64,000 bases of DNA. It comes from Amphiscolops sp. MND2022 (lineage: Eukaryota). The stretch's first letter is position 1; each line of letters begins with the position of its first letter. Positions 51,359 to 64,000 of the stretch are shown one piece after another. A model generated the notes under the pieces. That model made no database searches and was not told where the DNA came from. It saw only the letters and a program-made list of their open reading frames with translations. Location: the NCBI GenBank assembly GCA_964187785.1, contig OZ076413.1:45882001-45946000 (forward strand), read 5' to 3'. The position numbers and the translations under genes are program-made.

Positions 51359-52289
51359 TGCTTTTGGGTTGTTCTGTTTTTTTTGGGCTTCCTGCCAGGT
51401 CGGTCATGTCACAATTGAGTTTAAAGGAAATTTCTAACAGGTGCCACTAAAATGTAGATGTTACATTACATCTTAGTCCATGTTTTAACTGCAGTGATCT
51501 CGAATTTTATTCCAGTGAATTTTAGAGATTATTTAAAAGCTTTTCAGATTGAAAACTAACATTTAATCATAATAAAAATTAATGCAACCTTTTGTGATGC
51601 TATTTGTTGCGATTATGCTGTTCGTGGTCAAGTTTTTTCTCGCCATCTTGGTTTAATTACTCGGACTTTTCTTGGAAACATGGCTTTCACTGACTCAATG
51701 GTTGCAGACACCTTCGTCAAAATCAGTTGGTGGCAATGAAAACAACAAAAGTCGCATGAGCTGCAAATAGACAATTCACAGTTGATCCAACGCTTGAAAT
51801 ATTACAGGGTGGAAATGTCCAGCAGGCTTGCATAGATAAATCAAATTGTTTTCCCAAAGCTGGTGGATTATTTATATTTGTGAGGGGTTGAGTTTGGAAT
51901 GTGACAGGGAGTTCGGCAAACATTCAAGAGGTTTCAGCCCACTGTTTAGTGCTCGAATTCAGCTGATTCTTAGCCTAATTAGGCATGATATCAGACAACT
52001 TATCTATAATAGTCTTGATATTGGGGAAAATTATGTTTGAAGTAATTCAAAATGATCTGAATAGTTTCAACGAACGAGCAAGATACCCCGGTTGCATGAC
52101 ATTAAAAAAAGTCAGTCGTTATTATATTTTTTCTAGAAAGGACTTTAGTTAGAAAGAGTGGTTAAAAAAGGAAAAAAAATAAAATACCTAGACAAGGTTC
52201 TGTAAATTTTCCAGAACCCTGAAAATCAGTTAACTTTTTTGAAATTACAGAAATATACTATTGAATTAGTGCAATATTTCTCTAACAAG

Positions 52290-53000
52290 ACATTATTTAC
52301 ATGTATTTTATGTGGGTTCCTCACTTCATAGATGCAGTGTTGAAAATATTTTGTATAATTTTAGTGGTTTCTATTTTTGTTTTGAATGCTAAAGAAACGA
52401 TATTCAACTAAATAACAGGAGGATAGAACATCTGGCTATATGTATGGAGTCTGGTTGGCTTTTTACTATATATCTTTTGAGGCAATTTTAGAACATCTGC
52501 TAATTTGTAATGTTACTATAACAAACATTATCTTTCTCAAATCTGGACGAATCTATTTGAAACGACAAAATTACAGCTATGAGAAAGCTAGATTCATTCA
52601 ATTCAGATGCCGTGATTGCAAACTTTTGGATAAAATTAGCTGGAAAAGCTCTAAACTATATGTTTACTTAAGGAAACAAGTGTTTCCTTACTTTCAAATT
52701 TTAGTTTACTTAAAACATGGTCGAATTAATTTGGCTAAAAGCGCAAACAACATCTGCTTATCAAAGAGATTTTTTATCCCCTCCCAATGGATAAAAATTT
52801 ATAAATAAGATGAAGATTCCTTTGAAGCATGAATGAATTGAATCGAATGCCGGAAAAGCAATTGTAAAAAAGTTTTTCAGAGATGCGTTATTTAACTGAT
52901 ATTGACTGGCCAATTTGCAAATTGCCTTGTGTCATGATTTTGGAAAAGATTAAGTGCAAACATCGTTGAGGGAAAAGCGTGAAAAAACCAGAGTGATCAA
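52290..53000 (+). repeat. Dispersed repeat, paralog of ~62100-62800
   Basis: Shared GGATAGAACATCTGGC, TGGCTAAAAGCG..ACAACATCTGC.TATCAAAGAGATTTTT and ATGCCGGAAAAGCAATTG. Confidence 0.75.
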
Positions 53001-53598
53001 TTTATGTAGAAAGGTCACATCTGTACGGTTTGTGGAATTGCTAAAAAAATGACAAGGGTTTATAGGTTGTAAGAATTATAACTTACATTTGTCACATTTT
53101 TGCATCCTATAGGCAGACTTTTTGTATTTGAAGAAAAACAATTAATCACTCGCGGATCAACAAATTTCTGCAGAATCTCAAAATTACATAATGAAAACGC
53201 TCAGCATGGTTTTATGAGAAGCCATAACGAATTTGTAAATCAGTAGGTTGCAAAGAGTACAAAAAATCTCGAAAGTGCATCCACAATCAATGCAATAGTT
53301 CATGGAAGTCTCGACGATTTTTTAAAAAAAATGTCTTTCGTTCTTTCTTTCTCTCTCTCTCTCTCTCTCCATCACTTCATCTCTTTTGTTTTGAAGAACC
53401 GAAAGAGTCAGTTTATGTGTTAGTGTCACGCGTCTTACAACTGATTACCAACAGTCTGACATGCTATACTGTAATAAATGAATTGGACCTCTGATTGTCA
53501 AAATTGATTTGCACTCAATTAAAGATGACCAAAACCGTCTGAACGAAAAGATTTTTTGAATTCTGTGAAGTTAAATGTTTATTAAATTTCAATGTTGA

Positions 53599-56020
53599 TG
53601 TAGAATGCCAAGGTCAAACTGCCACATTTCATAACCTGAAATACTTTAGACAGAGAGTTGTTTAAATACTATTTACAAACAAACTCTGATTGTTTTCTGT
53701 CGCATTTATGTTGATGATATTGTTACCATACCATTCGTTTGATAGTTTACAATAAAGATCAGTTGAAAGAGGTACCCACTCCCCAACGTTGTTTTTAACC
53801 AGTAATTCAGAGATCTTAACATGGCGCAGTAAGCAAGATTGTTTTCCTATTCCGTTCTTACACTGTGGAACTTTTTTTAACACTCTATCAACATAACATG
53901 GCAGTGGCAACAAAGATACAACTACCATATCTAGAAGACACCGGACTTGACAAGAAGAAACTATACACACTTAAACAATGGACCGAACGATTTCGGCATT
54001 ACATAAAAAGAATCCATAACAACGACGTCAAACAAATATTAACGGATGATACGGTACCCACTGGCAAAAACTGGAACACAAAAGAACCAGGAATCAGACA
54101 AGACTTCATATAGGACGCCGGACCATCAGCAGTCGAAAGTATCACAAAAAGAGAGTTCAACACGGATCCCGAGATAATCAAAACCGACAAACTAATACAA
54201 CTATTCCGGGAATGCTACATTCCAACGAGAAACACCTACCACAGCTGTGGAGATTTCGTCTTGGCAAAGCAAGAAGACAACGAGACACCCGAAGAACACT
54301 GGAAAAAGGTAATAGCCATAGAAAATAACTGCAACTTCAAAACATAAAACAGGAAGACCTCCTTATATCAAAGTTTATCACAAGCATAACCGACAAAACC
54401 TTCTTGAAAAACTCATCCGTGAAAAAACCTTGACTTGAAAACGCGAAACAAAGAATCTAACCCACCGCTGGAGAATAACAATGGTCGACGACCGCACTTT
54501 CGTCGCAAAATCTACGTTATGCCGCCTTAAATGCACTACACATGGGCCACCCAGGAATCAACAAAATGTGCAGCGACGCAACAATCTTCTAGTGGACAAA
54601 CATGCGAGCTGATATTGAGAAGAAAGCCAAAACTTGTTCCGCTTGCCTAAAAGCCGGTGAGAACTTAAAAACCCAACTACCCTACCCATAACCGACAAAT
54701 CAAAAAATTGAACCGCCGAAAAACCCAGGGGAGGAAATTCAAATTAACTTCACGGAAATTTAAATAGCAAACATATAAATTTCTGCCCTTTTATATTAGT
54801 TGCGGTGGACAAAAATAGCCGTTGGGCGGTAGCTAAAGTCTGCAAAAATACAAATCACGATACGGTTATAACATCGATACGGGAATACATAAATGTATAA
54901 AGAGTACCGAAAAAGTTAAATCAGTTAAAGGCAGTGCCTTTGTCTCAGAAGAATATAGAACACATTTGCAGCGAATACAATATAATCCGTGAATACGGTA
55001 CTCCAATCTACATACAGGTACAGGATTTGTCGAGAGAACCATCCAATCACTGAAGAATCTGATCAAAGCAAACTTAGAAGAGATACAGAATTTACGTGAA
55101 AGCCTAAATAAAGCACTGTATGTCCTCCGATTTACCAAACACGCAGAATCAAAGAAAACTCCTTTCGAATAACACTTCAGGCGAAAACCGGTAACTAAAC
55201 TATCTCACCTGAAAAATGCTATTTCAGTTGACTCCAAAGACTTGTTAGTCTACATTACCTGCAATTCCGCCGGAGAAATCACGGACCATTTAGTGATGAT
55301 CAAGAAGAAAAGCAATGACCCGAAGTATCGGAAGGGGATGACCTTCACCCAAAACAAAAAAATCGTCAAATACGGTAAGTAAAACAAAAACGGCAATTAC
55401 CCGTTTACTTTCTTCGAGAGAACCCATACAAAATCTCACTCGGTAGTAAATTCGATAACAAACCGCAGATTGCAGTCTCTTGTACCAAACACACCATCAG
55501 CACCGACAAAAACAGAATTATACACAGGAAACTAATCTCTAACCCAATACCTTTTCAGAACAAAGCCACACCAACAAAGAGAATCAATACAAGACTCTCG
55601 ACTACAGCTGACCAGCCATCCTGCTAAAAGACGACCGGGACCGGCACAACCATTTGAGGTTAGCGCAGAAAAGAACCGCCGCGAGCAGAAAACACCCAGA
55701 ACAACGCTGATTGGCTCAAAAGAAAAGAGCAACCGAGGAACGAGAGGGGACAGTTTAGCAGCCCTGAAAAATCAGCCAGCAAACTCGAGGGGGGATGTGG
55801 AATTCCAAGGTCAAACTGCCCCATTTCATAACCTGAGATACTTTAGACAGAGAGTTGTTTAAATACTATTTACAAACAAACTCTAATTGATTTCTGTCGC
55901 ATTTATGTTGATGATTTTGTTACCATACCATTCGTTTGATTGTTATATTGTTAAAGATCAGTTGAAAGAGATACATACTCCCCAACGTTATTTTAAACCA
56001 GTAATCTAGAGGTCTTAACA
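53599..56020 (+). mobile_element. Decayed, internally deleted Ty3/gypsy LTR retrotransposon
   Basis: LTRs 53599-53821 and 55796-56020 (TG...CA, about 90% alike by eye), TSD GTTGA, tRNA-Ser-type PBS TGGCGCAGT at 53822, PPT GAGGGGGGA at 55787-55795. Confidence 0.95.
53898..55200 (+). pseudogene. gag remnant joined to an integrase remnant (PR/RT/RH deleted)
   Basis: gag-like KQWTERFRHYIKR...KQEDNETPEEHWKK; integrase HHCC ALHMGHPGINKM...CSAC; ILVAVDKNSRW; GFVERTIQSLK; KTPFE. Many stops and frameshifts. Confidence 0.85.
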
Positions 56021-59000
56021 GTTGATTATAAACATTTTTGTTTAAACACTTTGACATCAATATATAAAACTTATAATTTATGCATTTTACTACTGATTTC
56101 GTTGCTAATTTTTTTTCAGTTCTAATTTCGATAGCTTTGAGAGTCGAAAGAACTTTTTCATTTTTTCGGACAATTTCATTCTTTCAGACGTCTTTTCAAC
56201 AAAAGTGTCCACTCAGATAATTTTCATTGCAAGGTTTTTTAAAAACCTTCTTGAACACGACATTAAAGAGAAGTAAAGTCCGAGAAGGGCATAAAAATCA
56301 GTTTTCAGAAACCCGTAGGTAACTATAGTTTTCCTGCGAATTTTCTGCCAAGAAAACATATTAACGTCATTATTGAATCGATTAGTTTCTGTCAATAATA
56401 TAAAACCGCAAAACTGGGTCTCCGAGACGTGCTAATTTGCAAAAACTTGCTGCTAGATCAGGATTTAGTAGTAAATACAAGTTGTTGAAAGTGATATTAC
56501 AAAGCTACAAAATTGTTTGGAAAACTGATGCTGAAGTGGTTTCTCAAATTGAATGATATTTAATCAAGCATTTTTTGATAACCTTCAAAATAACTCAGGT
56601 TTCTGGCTAATTTAATTTCATTCCGAACCATTTTTACAATGAGGGGTCCAATTCATTTCTTACAGTATTGTACTTCGAGAGGCATAATGGTGTTTGCGCT
56701 AAGAAAACGTAAATAGCAGAGAAAACTCGATCCTTGATCTTACTAAGATATCCATGGAGGGTTGACCCGGGCTATGATGCAACTAATGCGTCTTTGAACT
56801 TTTGGACTTGTTGCAAAATCATGAACTTTAATGATTTGAACAGAATTCACATGTAATTCACTGGCAGATAAAATAAAGAGAAAGTTGATACGTGACTGAT
56901 CCAAGTCGAGTAGTTTCGATAAGTGATCCAAAAGTTTCGAGATCAGTAGCTTTTTCAAGTGAAAGAAATGCCAAAAATGCAAGAACATTAGTATATTGTT
57001 GGAATCTCGAATCCAGTATATTTTGCAGTATACCTTCAGAGAAGCTCTCTAATAGCCCAGATTAGCTTTAAAGGTCAAACTATTGAGTTCCAAACAATGA
57101 ATTTCTTGGTTGCTTGAATAAGTGACATCAACCGACTTTCGATCTCAATATTTGGGTTTCTCTTCGGGAAAGATTTAAATTGGGTTGTTTAAAACTACAG
57201 AAAATTTATGAAATTTACCATTTCCTTATAAGCACAATAATATATATAAGTGAAACGATATAGAGAACATTTCTGAGTTGATGAAATTCAACAAAATAGG
57301 TAAAATTACCCATTATAAGCATACATATAAACAAGATAAAGGCCTGGTTTCATGTTTGTTTATGACTCTCAATCACTTGATTAATATTGGCAAAGAATCT
57401 AGTTGTGTTCCCAGAGCTTCAACAGCTCAGGGCAAAGCTAATGGTCAGTATCTGAGTCGATGGTTCTTTGCCCTGTTTGGTAAAAAAGTATTCATGGCAA
57501 GGATCTTGTTAGATCCTTGCGAAACAAAACAAGTTACTCGCGAGATTTATCCACGTCTGCTTTAAAATATTTTGCAAAAGATCTTTTGAGAAGTTTGGTT
57601 CTAGAACAACAATTTCAATTTCCGACAATCAAGATGATACCGCCCAACCGCTGCTGATTGCTCTATCCTCCCAAACTTTCCGTTATTTCCGGTCCATGAC
57701 TATGAATTGTATGTATAAAAAGAGATTGTCAACAAACATTTTTCTTGAGATGCAAACGATACTTGTATTGTAACAATTTTTTCTGTCTCTTCTCCAGTCC
57801 CACGTTGTTGTTTATTTTGTTTAATTCCTTCACTGGTTTGGCCTCCTATGATTTGTTTTTACGCCATTCACAATGCTAGACGGAACCAAAGGGTTTCCCC
57901 TTTGATGTTTTACGGCACTGTGCGTCTTTCTTTTTGAATTGTTGTTGTCTTCATGAGAGTGCCCCAGCTCTAATTCTTTTGTTGTTTCCAGTCAGGGAAA
58001 ACCCTTCACTGGACTAAACGGTTGCGCATCGGGGTGTTTTTTTACAGACCTGAGAGAAGTGAAAGACAAATCTAACTAAAGCTGTTCAGTTTTTCTGAAG
58101 TGATTGTTAATTTTTGGTGATTTTTATGACGTCAGCGGGGCGTCGACAATGGTTGTCCCCCAATTGTTTGTTTATGGCATCTGTCAAAATTGAAATCAAC
58201 GACTCTTCAAATGGCATGTATGAAAATAAACCTACAGCTCATGAAAGGGAAATTTTATACAAGAGCTTTTTTCAAAAAGACCAGGACTACAAAAATAGGA
58301 TTACATCGAATAAACTTTTAGCAAATCTTTTTTTGTCGATTTCACAGACAGTCCAACGTAACAATAGTCATTGAAAAAATATATGATAATGCTCTTAAAT
58401 TTCAGACCAATTCATAAAGTTCTTCGAGGTAAAAATGCTTTTCAAAAAGAAATAAAAAATGAAAGCATGGAAAAAAAGAAAAAAATACAAGGAATATAGA
58501 TTATCTCATTTTGTGATGAAAAATGGGAGTTCTTGTTATTTCTCAAATGGATTTTTCCAGGTTTTCTTTTCCTATCACACGCAGCTAATGTAGATGTGAT
58601 TTCCGAAACAGCTCGGCTTTTATAAGCTTTTGTCATAAACCTTTCTGAGCGAGTTAGGAACGAGATATTACAAAAAAATCCCAAAAAATCGGAAACTTGA
58701 ACAAATTGCAATTCAAGAAATTTTTGCAACTCTTTTAGAAACTTTCCGAAATTTTACCCATATCAATTTAATTCTACGGCTTGTCAATTGCTTGAGTAAT
58801 ATTCTCTCAATTTCCATTTCAGTGTTGATGGGCATGATTCCAAGTTTTGCACACAGAAAGGCATGAACGTTTACATACATTTCATCAGATTGTTTTTTTT
58901 TCAGCTAATTAGAACAAAATACTTCACCGGATGCACGCTCAGAGCCATCTCGTATAGATCCAATTATAGTGATTTGATATTCGATGAAAAATTTCGTATT

Positions 59001-60440
59001 TCTTGAATGAACCACAATGATGATGGTCAAATATATTGATTGAGTGCTTTGTGCCTTACGTTAGCTCAAAATGTTATTTGATTAGATTTAGGAAATCTTT
59101 CTTCCTATGCTTTTTTATGTAATAATTGACCGCTCATACACTTGATTCGTCCTGTTTTTGAAAGCCAATTGCTTGAACCCGTGATTAGTGATTATAACAT
59201 TCATTCAATAAACGGGAAACATTGCTTTATCATCTTCCTCTGTATCGAACGACAATGTTTCAATTCAACAAAAAACTGCCACTGACTTCGAAAAGTTCTT
59301 TTACTATTCCAGGAATATTTTGCGAATACTTTGCGAATATTTTGAAAATACTTCCAGAAATGTAACATCATAAATTGTCCACAAGTGAGACTATCACTTT
59401 CAGACAGATTTCTTGGAACATTGCCAGTTTTTGATTTTTACAAACCTAGTAAGTTAAACCGCAAGCATTGAAAACTCGTATAAAAGGCGCTTTTATTTGA
59501 ATAAAGAGAAAAAGCTCTGCCTTTAAAAAGAAGAAAATAGTGGTTAAGACCTTTCAAATGCAGCCTAAGCTTTCATTGATCGACTGTTTCAATAATTAAC
59601 ATTAGAGTAATTTTAGACAAAAAAGACAACACGAGACAGAGAGAACTTTCTCGTTGCATTTTTTGAGTACTAAACTTTCAGACAGAACATCTGTCACGTT
59701 TCCTGAAAAACTACCGGCTAGCGTCCCAATAATAATCCAGCTCACTGAAAGTAATCATGACAGACTGCGTGTGTACCAATTACAACTAAAAACTGTGTTT
59801 CTGATCAATTGGTTTCAGTATGGATCAGAAGTACTCCTTGCTTCCACGTTTTATATAACTATTTTGTTGAACGACCGCCGAAATAGAGTGGTAACAAAAG
59901 ATTAACATCAGCCAGCCGGAAACGACATGAGTTGCTGCCAGAGAGCGGATTTGATTGCGTCACGCAATGACGCACAGGATGGCGCAATATTTGTTGTTTT
60001 TTTTTTTAATTTCGCGCAATTTTCAGTGCAGATACGCAATATTAACTTCTTTCAACACACTTTCTAGTGCGTTTCGTTTACTTAGTAACTCTCGTTGGTT
60101 GCAGAGCACTTTTTATTTTGTAGGCCTACTCATTCATTTTTAGATTTGTATCTGCAGTATACCCATACGACAAATGCCTAAACAGGACCTGTCCGGTGCC
60201 GTTTGTGTCAAAAGCATAAAAAGAGGGTCGACAATATGGCACTATGATCCTGAAACTGACAAAATTAAGCCCATAGGTTTGATTGTGCTGCAGCTTGGCG
60301 CCCCGCTTGAGACTAAAAATAGCAAACGTACTTCAAAGCGTCAATAGTTCTCTTTCGAAACAATCTCACAGTACAGAAAAACGCCAAAGATTTTTTCGAA
60401 GGGGGCGTTTTATTTTCGATTTTCTGGACTTCAGTTATAA

Positions 60441-60986
60441 CCCTTGTTGAACATGCTTGAACTTTTTTATATGTTCTTTAAAGTTGCCAGCAACTTTTTC
60501 AATGATTTTCTAAATCTCTCAGGAAACCTTAATAGGTTAATATTTCCCTGTTGTCATCAACTTTTATCAAGCTGCTTGAAAAAATTATCAAAGTTTTGGC
60601 GGCAATTTCAACCTGTGAAGTTCTGCAAGTTTTATTATGCATCAGTTCTAATTTTAAATGCACCTGGGACGTCGACAATTTTGCCACCATGTTATTGCAA
60701 ATTAACTTCATTCACAATGTAAACAACAAACTAGCGTCATCTTCAGCGTCCTGTTTGAGAAGCGGTAATTAAATCGGATGAGTAGTTGACAAATCAATGT
60801 GTGAATACAACGTGATCATGCCAGTGAAGGGGAAAATATTTTCAAATTTAATTGTAGTAGTGAAGAATGCTGTGTAATTCTACAAGATTTACCACAGAAT
60901 GCTCACTGAATTTTCTAGGTTTTATAAAAAATTACCTTGCATGCAGGCCTGCAGCATGTAAAAAGTTAAAGCAGTCTCAACTAGGG
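60441..60986 (-). mobile_element. Copy of the ~550-bp MITE family
   Basis: CCCTTGTTGA...TCAACTAGGG, flanked by AA/AA; reverse-complement homology to 25752-26300. Confidence 0.85.
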
Positions 60987-63165
60987 AAGATCAAAAATTC
61001 GAAAATAGCGCAAAGTTTTGAACATCCGTCTTCTCCTTAGTAAAACACAAATCACTTGGGATATCTATATATAGCGTCAAAAGATCGCATATAGCGTGCA
61101 GGGATGAAGGTGAGCGGTTTATTTCGAATCATCGCCTCCTATATAATAGAACACAATTTACTACAGATATAACTAGAGGTGTACCGGACAGCAAGTTCGG
61201 TCCGGTATCCGACCGGATTTCAGGAAAATGTCCTGTCCGGTATCCGATATCGCGCAATATTTTGTCCATATCAGAAATTGCAACTATTAGAGTTCAGTTC
61301 CCTGGGCCAAGTGGTGAAAAATGGCTCTTTAAAATTTTTTAGAATGTTTGGTTAGCTCGAGTGCCTCCTGGAAAAAAGTCACGTTTCCTGAAGAGCCGAC
61401 TGAAAATGTACCCCATCCCTAACGATAATTTGTAGGAACGAAGATTCAAACAATAACGAGTAATTTGAGAGTCCAGGGTAACCTTTTTTGCGTAGTCACT
61501 AGGCCCGTGTATTTTGACGACACGCTTATCATTAAAATTTTGTGTTGTCTTGCCAATTAACGCTAACTGTTTGACACCTGTTCCAAAAAATAATTTTACT
61601 TTTTTAAAGATTTCAAAATAGAAGCGAGTGAATCATTGACGAGAATAATGCTAATAGATTAGCTATTTTATGACGACACGCTTCGAATGAAAAATTTTAT
61701 ATTATTTTACAAGGCTTTTCACGCGAAATTATGAACATCAACAGTATCACAAAAATTGACGGTCAAGATAGTCTTCATGGTAGTCTACAGGCTAAAAGAC
61801 AAAGTAAAGTGAAAAACGACAGCTGGAAGTTCTAGCACGGGAGTCTGTCTGTCCTTCATTACAGCCTGCGTTTTTGCACGTCCGAAGAAAAAGGAAACAT
61901 TCCATCGAAGAAAGAGGAAACATTCCATTAGAGGGAAAGTTTGAAAGTGAACACTAAAAAAAACCTGAAACCAAGTGACTTGACAATTTTCTTTAGGAGT
62001 CAATAAATCAAATTCTTTCGTGCCCATTGAGCGCTTACACATCGATAACTTTTGAAATTACGGACAAAAATTTCTGAATGATTACAGAAAGAGCAGTAAT
62101 TTTATTGTATGTTATATTGGTTCCCCCACTCCAGAGATGCAAAGTTGAAAAAAGTAGAATATTAGATGATTCTACTTTTGACTTGAGCAATCACGAAATC
62201 GTTATACAAACAAATAACTAGGGGATAGAACATCTGGCCAAAGGTTTACGACCTGATCGGCTTTTTTTCAATACATGTAGAGGGGCAATTTTTGGAACAT
62301 TCGTTTTTTTGCAATGTTAAGATATTGTTTTTGAAAAGGAACTATTCTGAATTGATTTAAAAAATTGCATCGAAGGATGAAGTTTCAAAAGTTATTCCAA
62401 TACGGAATCCGTGATTGCCAAAACTTTTGGATGGAATTAGCCAGAGAAACTCCATTGTTTACTTGAGGAAACAACAACTGTTTTCGTGTTTCCAAATGGC
62501 TTTTATTTTAGTTTGCTGCAATGAAAAATTGTGGAATTAATCTGGCTAAAAGCGTTGACAACATCTGCCTATCAAAGAGATTTTTCACTTCTTGGCAGCT
62601 GAAAAAAGTCAATATTCTTTTGATGCATGAAGAAGTAAAATCAAATGCCGGAAAAGCAATTGCGAAAAAGGTTTCCCGAGACGTGTTATTTTATAGATAT
62701 TGACTGACCACTCTGCAAATCGTCTCGTGCATTTACCGTAGATATCGGGAAAGATTACATTCAAACATTGTTGGGGAAAATGCCCAGTTTGATATATTTA
62801 CGTCGGAACAAAGAGAAAAAATGTGAGAGTAATTTGAGAGTGCGCGGTTACTTTGGTTGCAAAATGATTTTTTTTGTTCTGAAGCCATCCAACGCTATTT
62901 CAATGGAAGTTTGCTTCGAAAAGCGGACTATTTCTGAAGATTTAAAGTTAAAATTGTGTCGTCCTTGACGAAGTTGATTCAGTCAAATTAATTTAGTTCT
63001 TGACTTCACGCTTCGGATACATAATTTTACTTTATTTTGCCAAAAGTTTTGGCAAATGAAGAACTTCAACGTTTTCACAACAGTTCATGCTCACTGTAGT
63101 CAAGAACCTCTATGTGGAAAAGCTACGACGTGAACGTGGCAATTATCTACAATAGTCTTTTGCAG

Positions 63166-63638
63166 GTCCGAACAAAAAGGAAACATCCAAGAGAGCGCAA
63201 TGGAAGAAGTAAAGAATCTGGATGAAGAAGACTTTGCATATTCAGTTATTAGTTATAACAGAAGTATTGATAACAATGCAAACAAAAAGACGAGGAAAGA
63301 GCTGATCAACTCTTATAGCATCTTCGCCTGTGAGAACCAAGGTTAAATTATTATCAACACGTTTTCCTTTTCTCTCCCATGCATGAATTCAACGCTATGG
63401 CAACTTTCAATGTTATCTCAATATATGTCGAGAAATCTCTCAAAAGGTTGTTTATACCTCCCTAATTTGACAGAGGCGAGACTTCAGTTGTGTCTTGGAT
63501 ACAGGTTCAACATTTTCAGGTATTTTATCACATGATTTAACCATTTATAAGTTTTCATCATAGCATTTTTGAGAGAATACATTTTCAGTTGTGTTGTATC
63601 GATTGTCACCGGTAGCAGACTTCTTTTGATGCCTTTCT
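63166..63638 (+). CDS. Three candidate phase-compatible exons (63166-63341, 63474-63519, 63589-63638), possibly a membrane protein
   Basis: AG/GT borders; the spliced frame is open: SEQKGNIQESAMEEVKNLDEEDFAY...ACENQEARLQLCLGYRFNIFSCVVSIVTGSRLLLMPF. Confidence 0.3.
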
Positions 63639-63960
63639 GTAAGCCTTTCTACGTTCGTCATTTTCAGAAGTTACATAATCATCTTTAACTGACGAGTCAT
63701 TGACGTCTCTCGAGTTAGTGAATACCTATATGTAAGGGACAAATGATGTTAAACGTCAATTTAACTATTTTATCGCAATCTCTTTTACCTAGCCACAGTG
63801 TGTTCTAAAAGCGATACTCTTCTTTTTCGGTTATCTGTTGTTTTCATTTGAGCATTTTCCCCAAACATCCTAACTTTTGATGACACATCTTTTCTCATGG
63901 AAAATTTCCAATGATGAATTCGGCAAAAAGTGGCGGAAGCTGTTTCTGGACCCTGTTGTT

Positions 63961-64000
63961 CGTCGGCGCTTCATGAAGTGAAACGCGACTATACTAGTGA
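63961..64000. mobile_element. Start of another HINE-like repeat at the window edge
   Basis: GTCGGCGCTTCATGAAGTGAAACGCGACTAT is identical to ~11833-11863. Confidence 0.6.

Noticed and set aside
1..64000. tRNA or rRNA genes, prokaryotic operons or defence systems
   Set aside because: None recognisable; the only tRNA-related sequences are the PBS sites.

Overview
AT-rich, repeat-dense eukaryotic (probably invertebrate animal) DNA with no intact multi-exon host gene that I can establish. It is mostly transposon debris: (i) a young, internally deleted LTR retrotransposon (28006-34654; ~1.6 kb LTRs, ATGGC TSD) whose gag-like ORF begins ~500 bp inside the LTR, runs through the PBS and meets an A-AAA-AAC -1 frameshift site, plus a related LTR end at 1-743; (ii) an older deleted Ty3/gypsy element (53599-56020, GTTGA TSD); (iii) two deleted FLYWCH/MULE elements, two hAT derivatives with 8-bp TSDs, several CCC-NN-GTTGA-ended MITE families and Helentron/DINE-like short repeats; (iv) two near-identical tandem duplications (1451 bp and ~1869 bp), one preserving an empty/filled MITE site pair; (v) many long hairpins, some visibly made by local inversion. 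The most notable oddities are an intronless, decayed JmjC (KDM2/KDM7-like) gene in TE-like DNA at ~43630-44724, the LTR-encoded gag N-terminus, and antisense ORF remnants near the 3' ends of LTR elements. A few candidate host exons are given at low confidence. All calls were made by eye; no searches were run.
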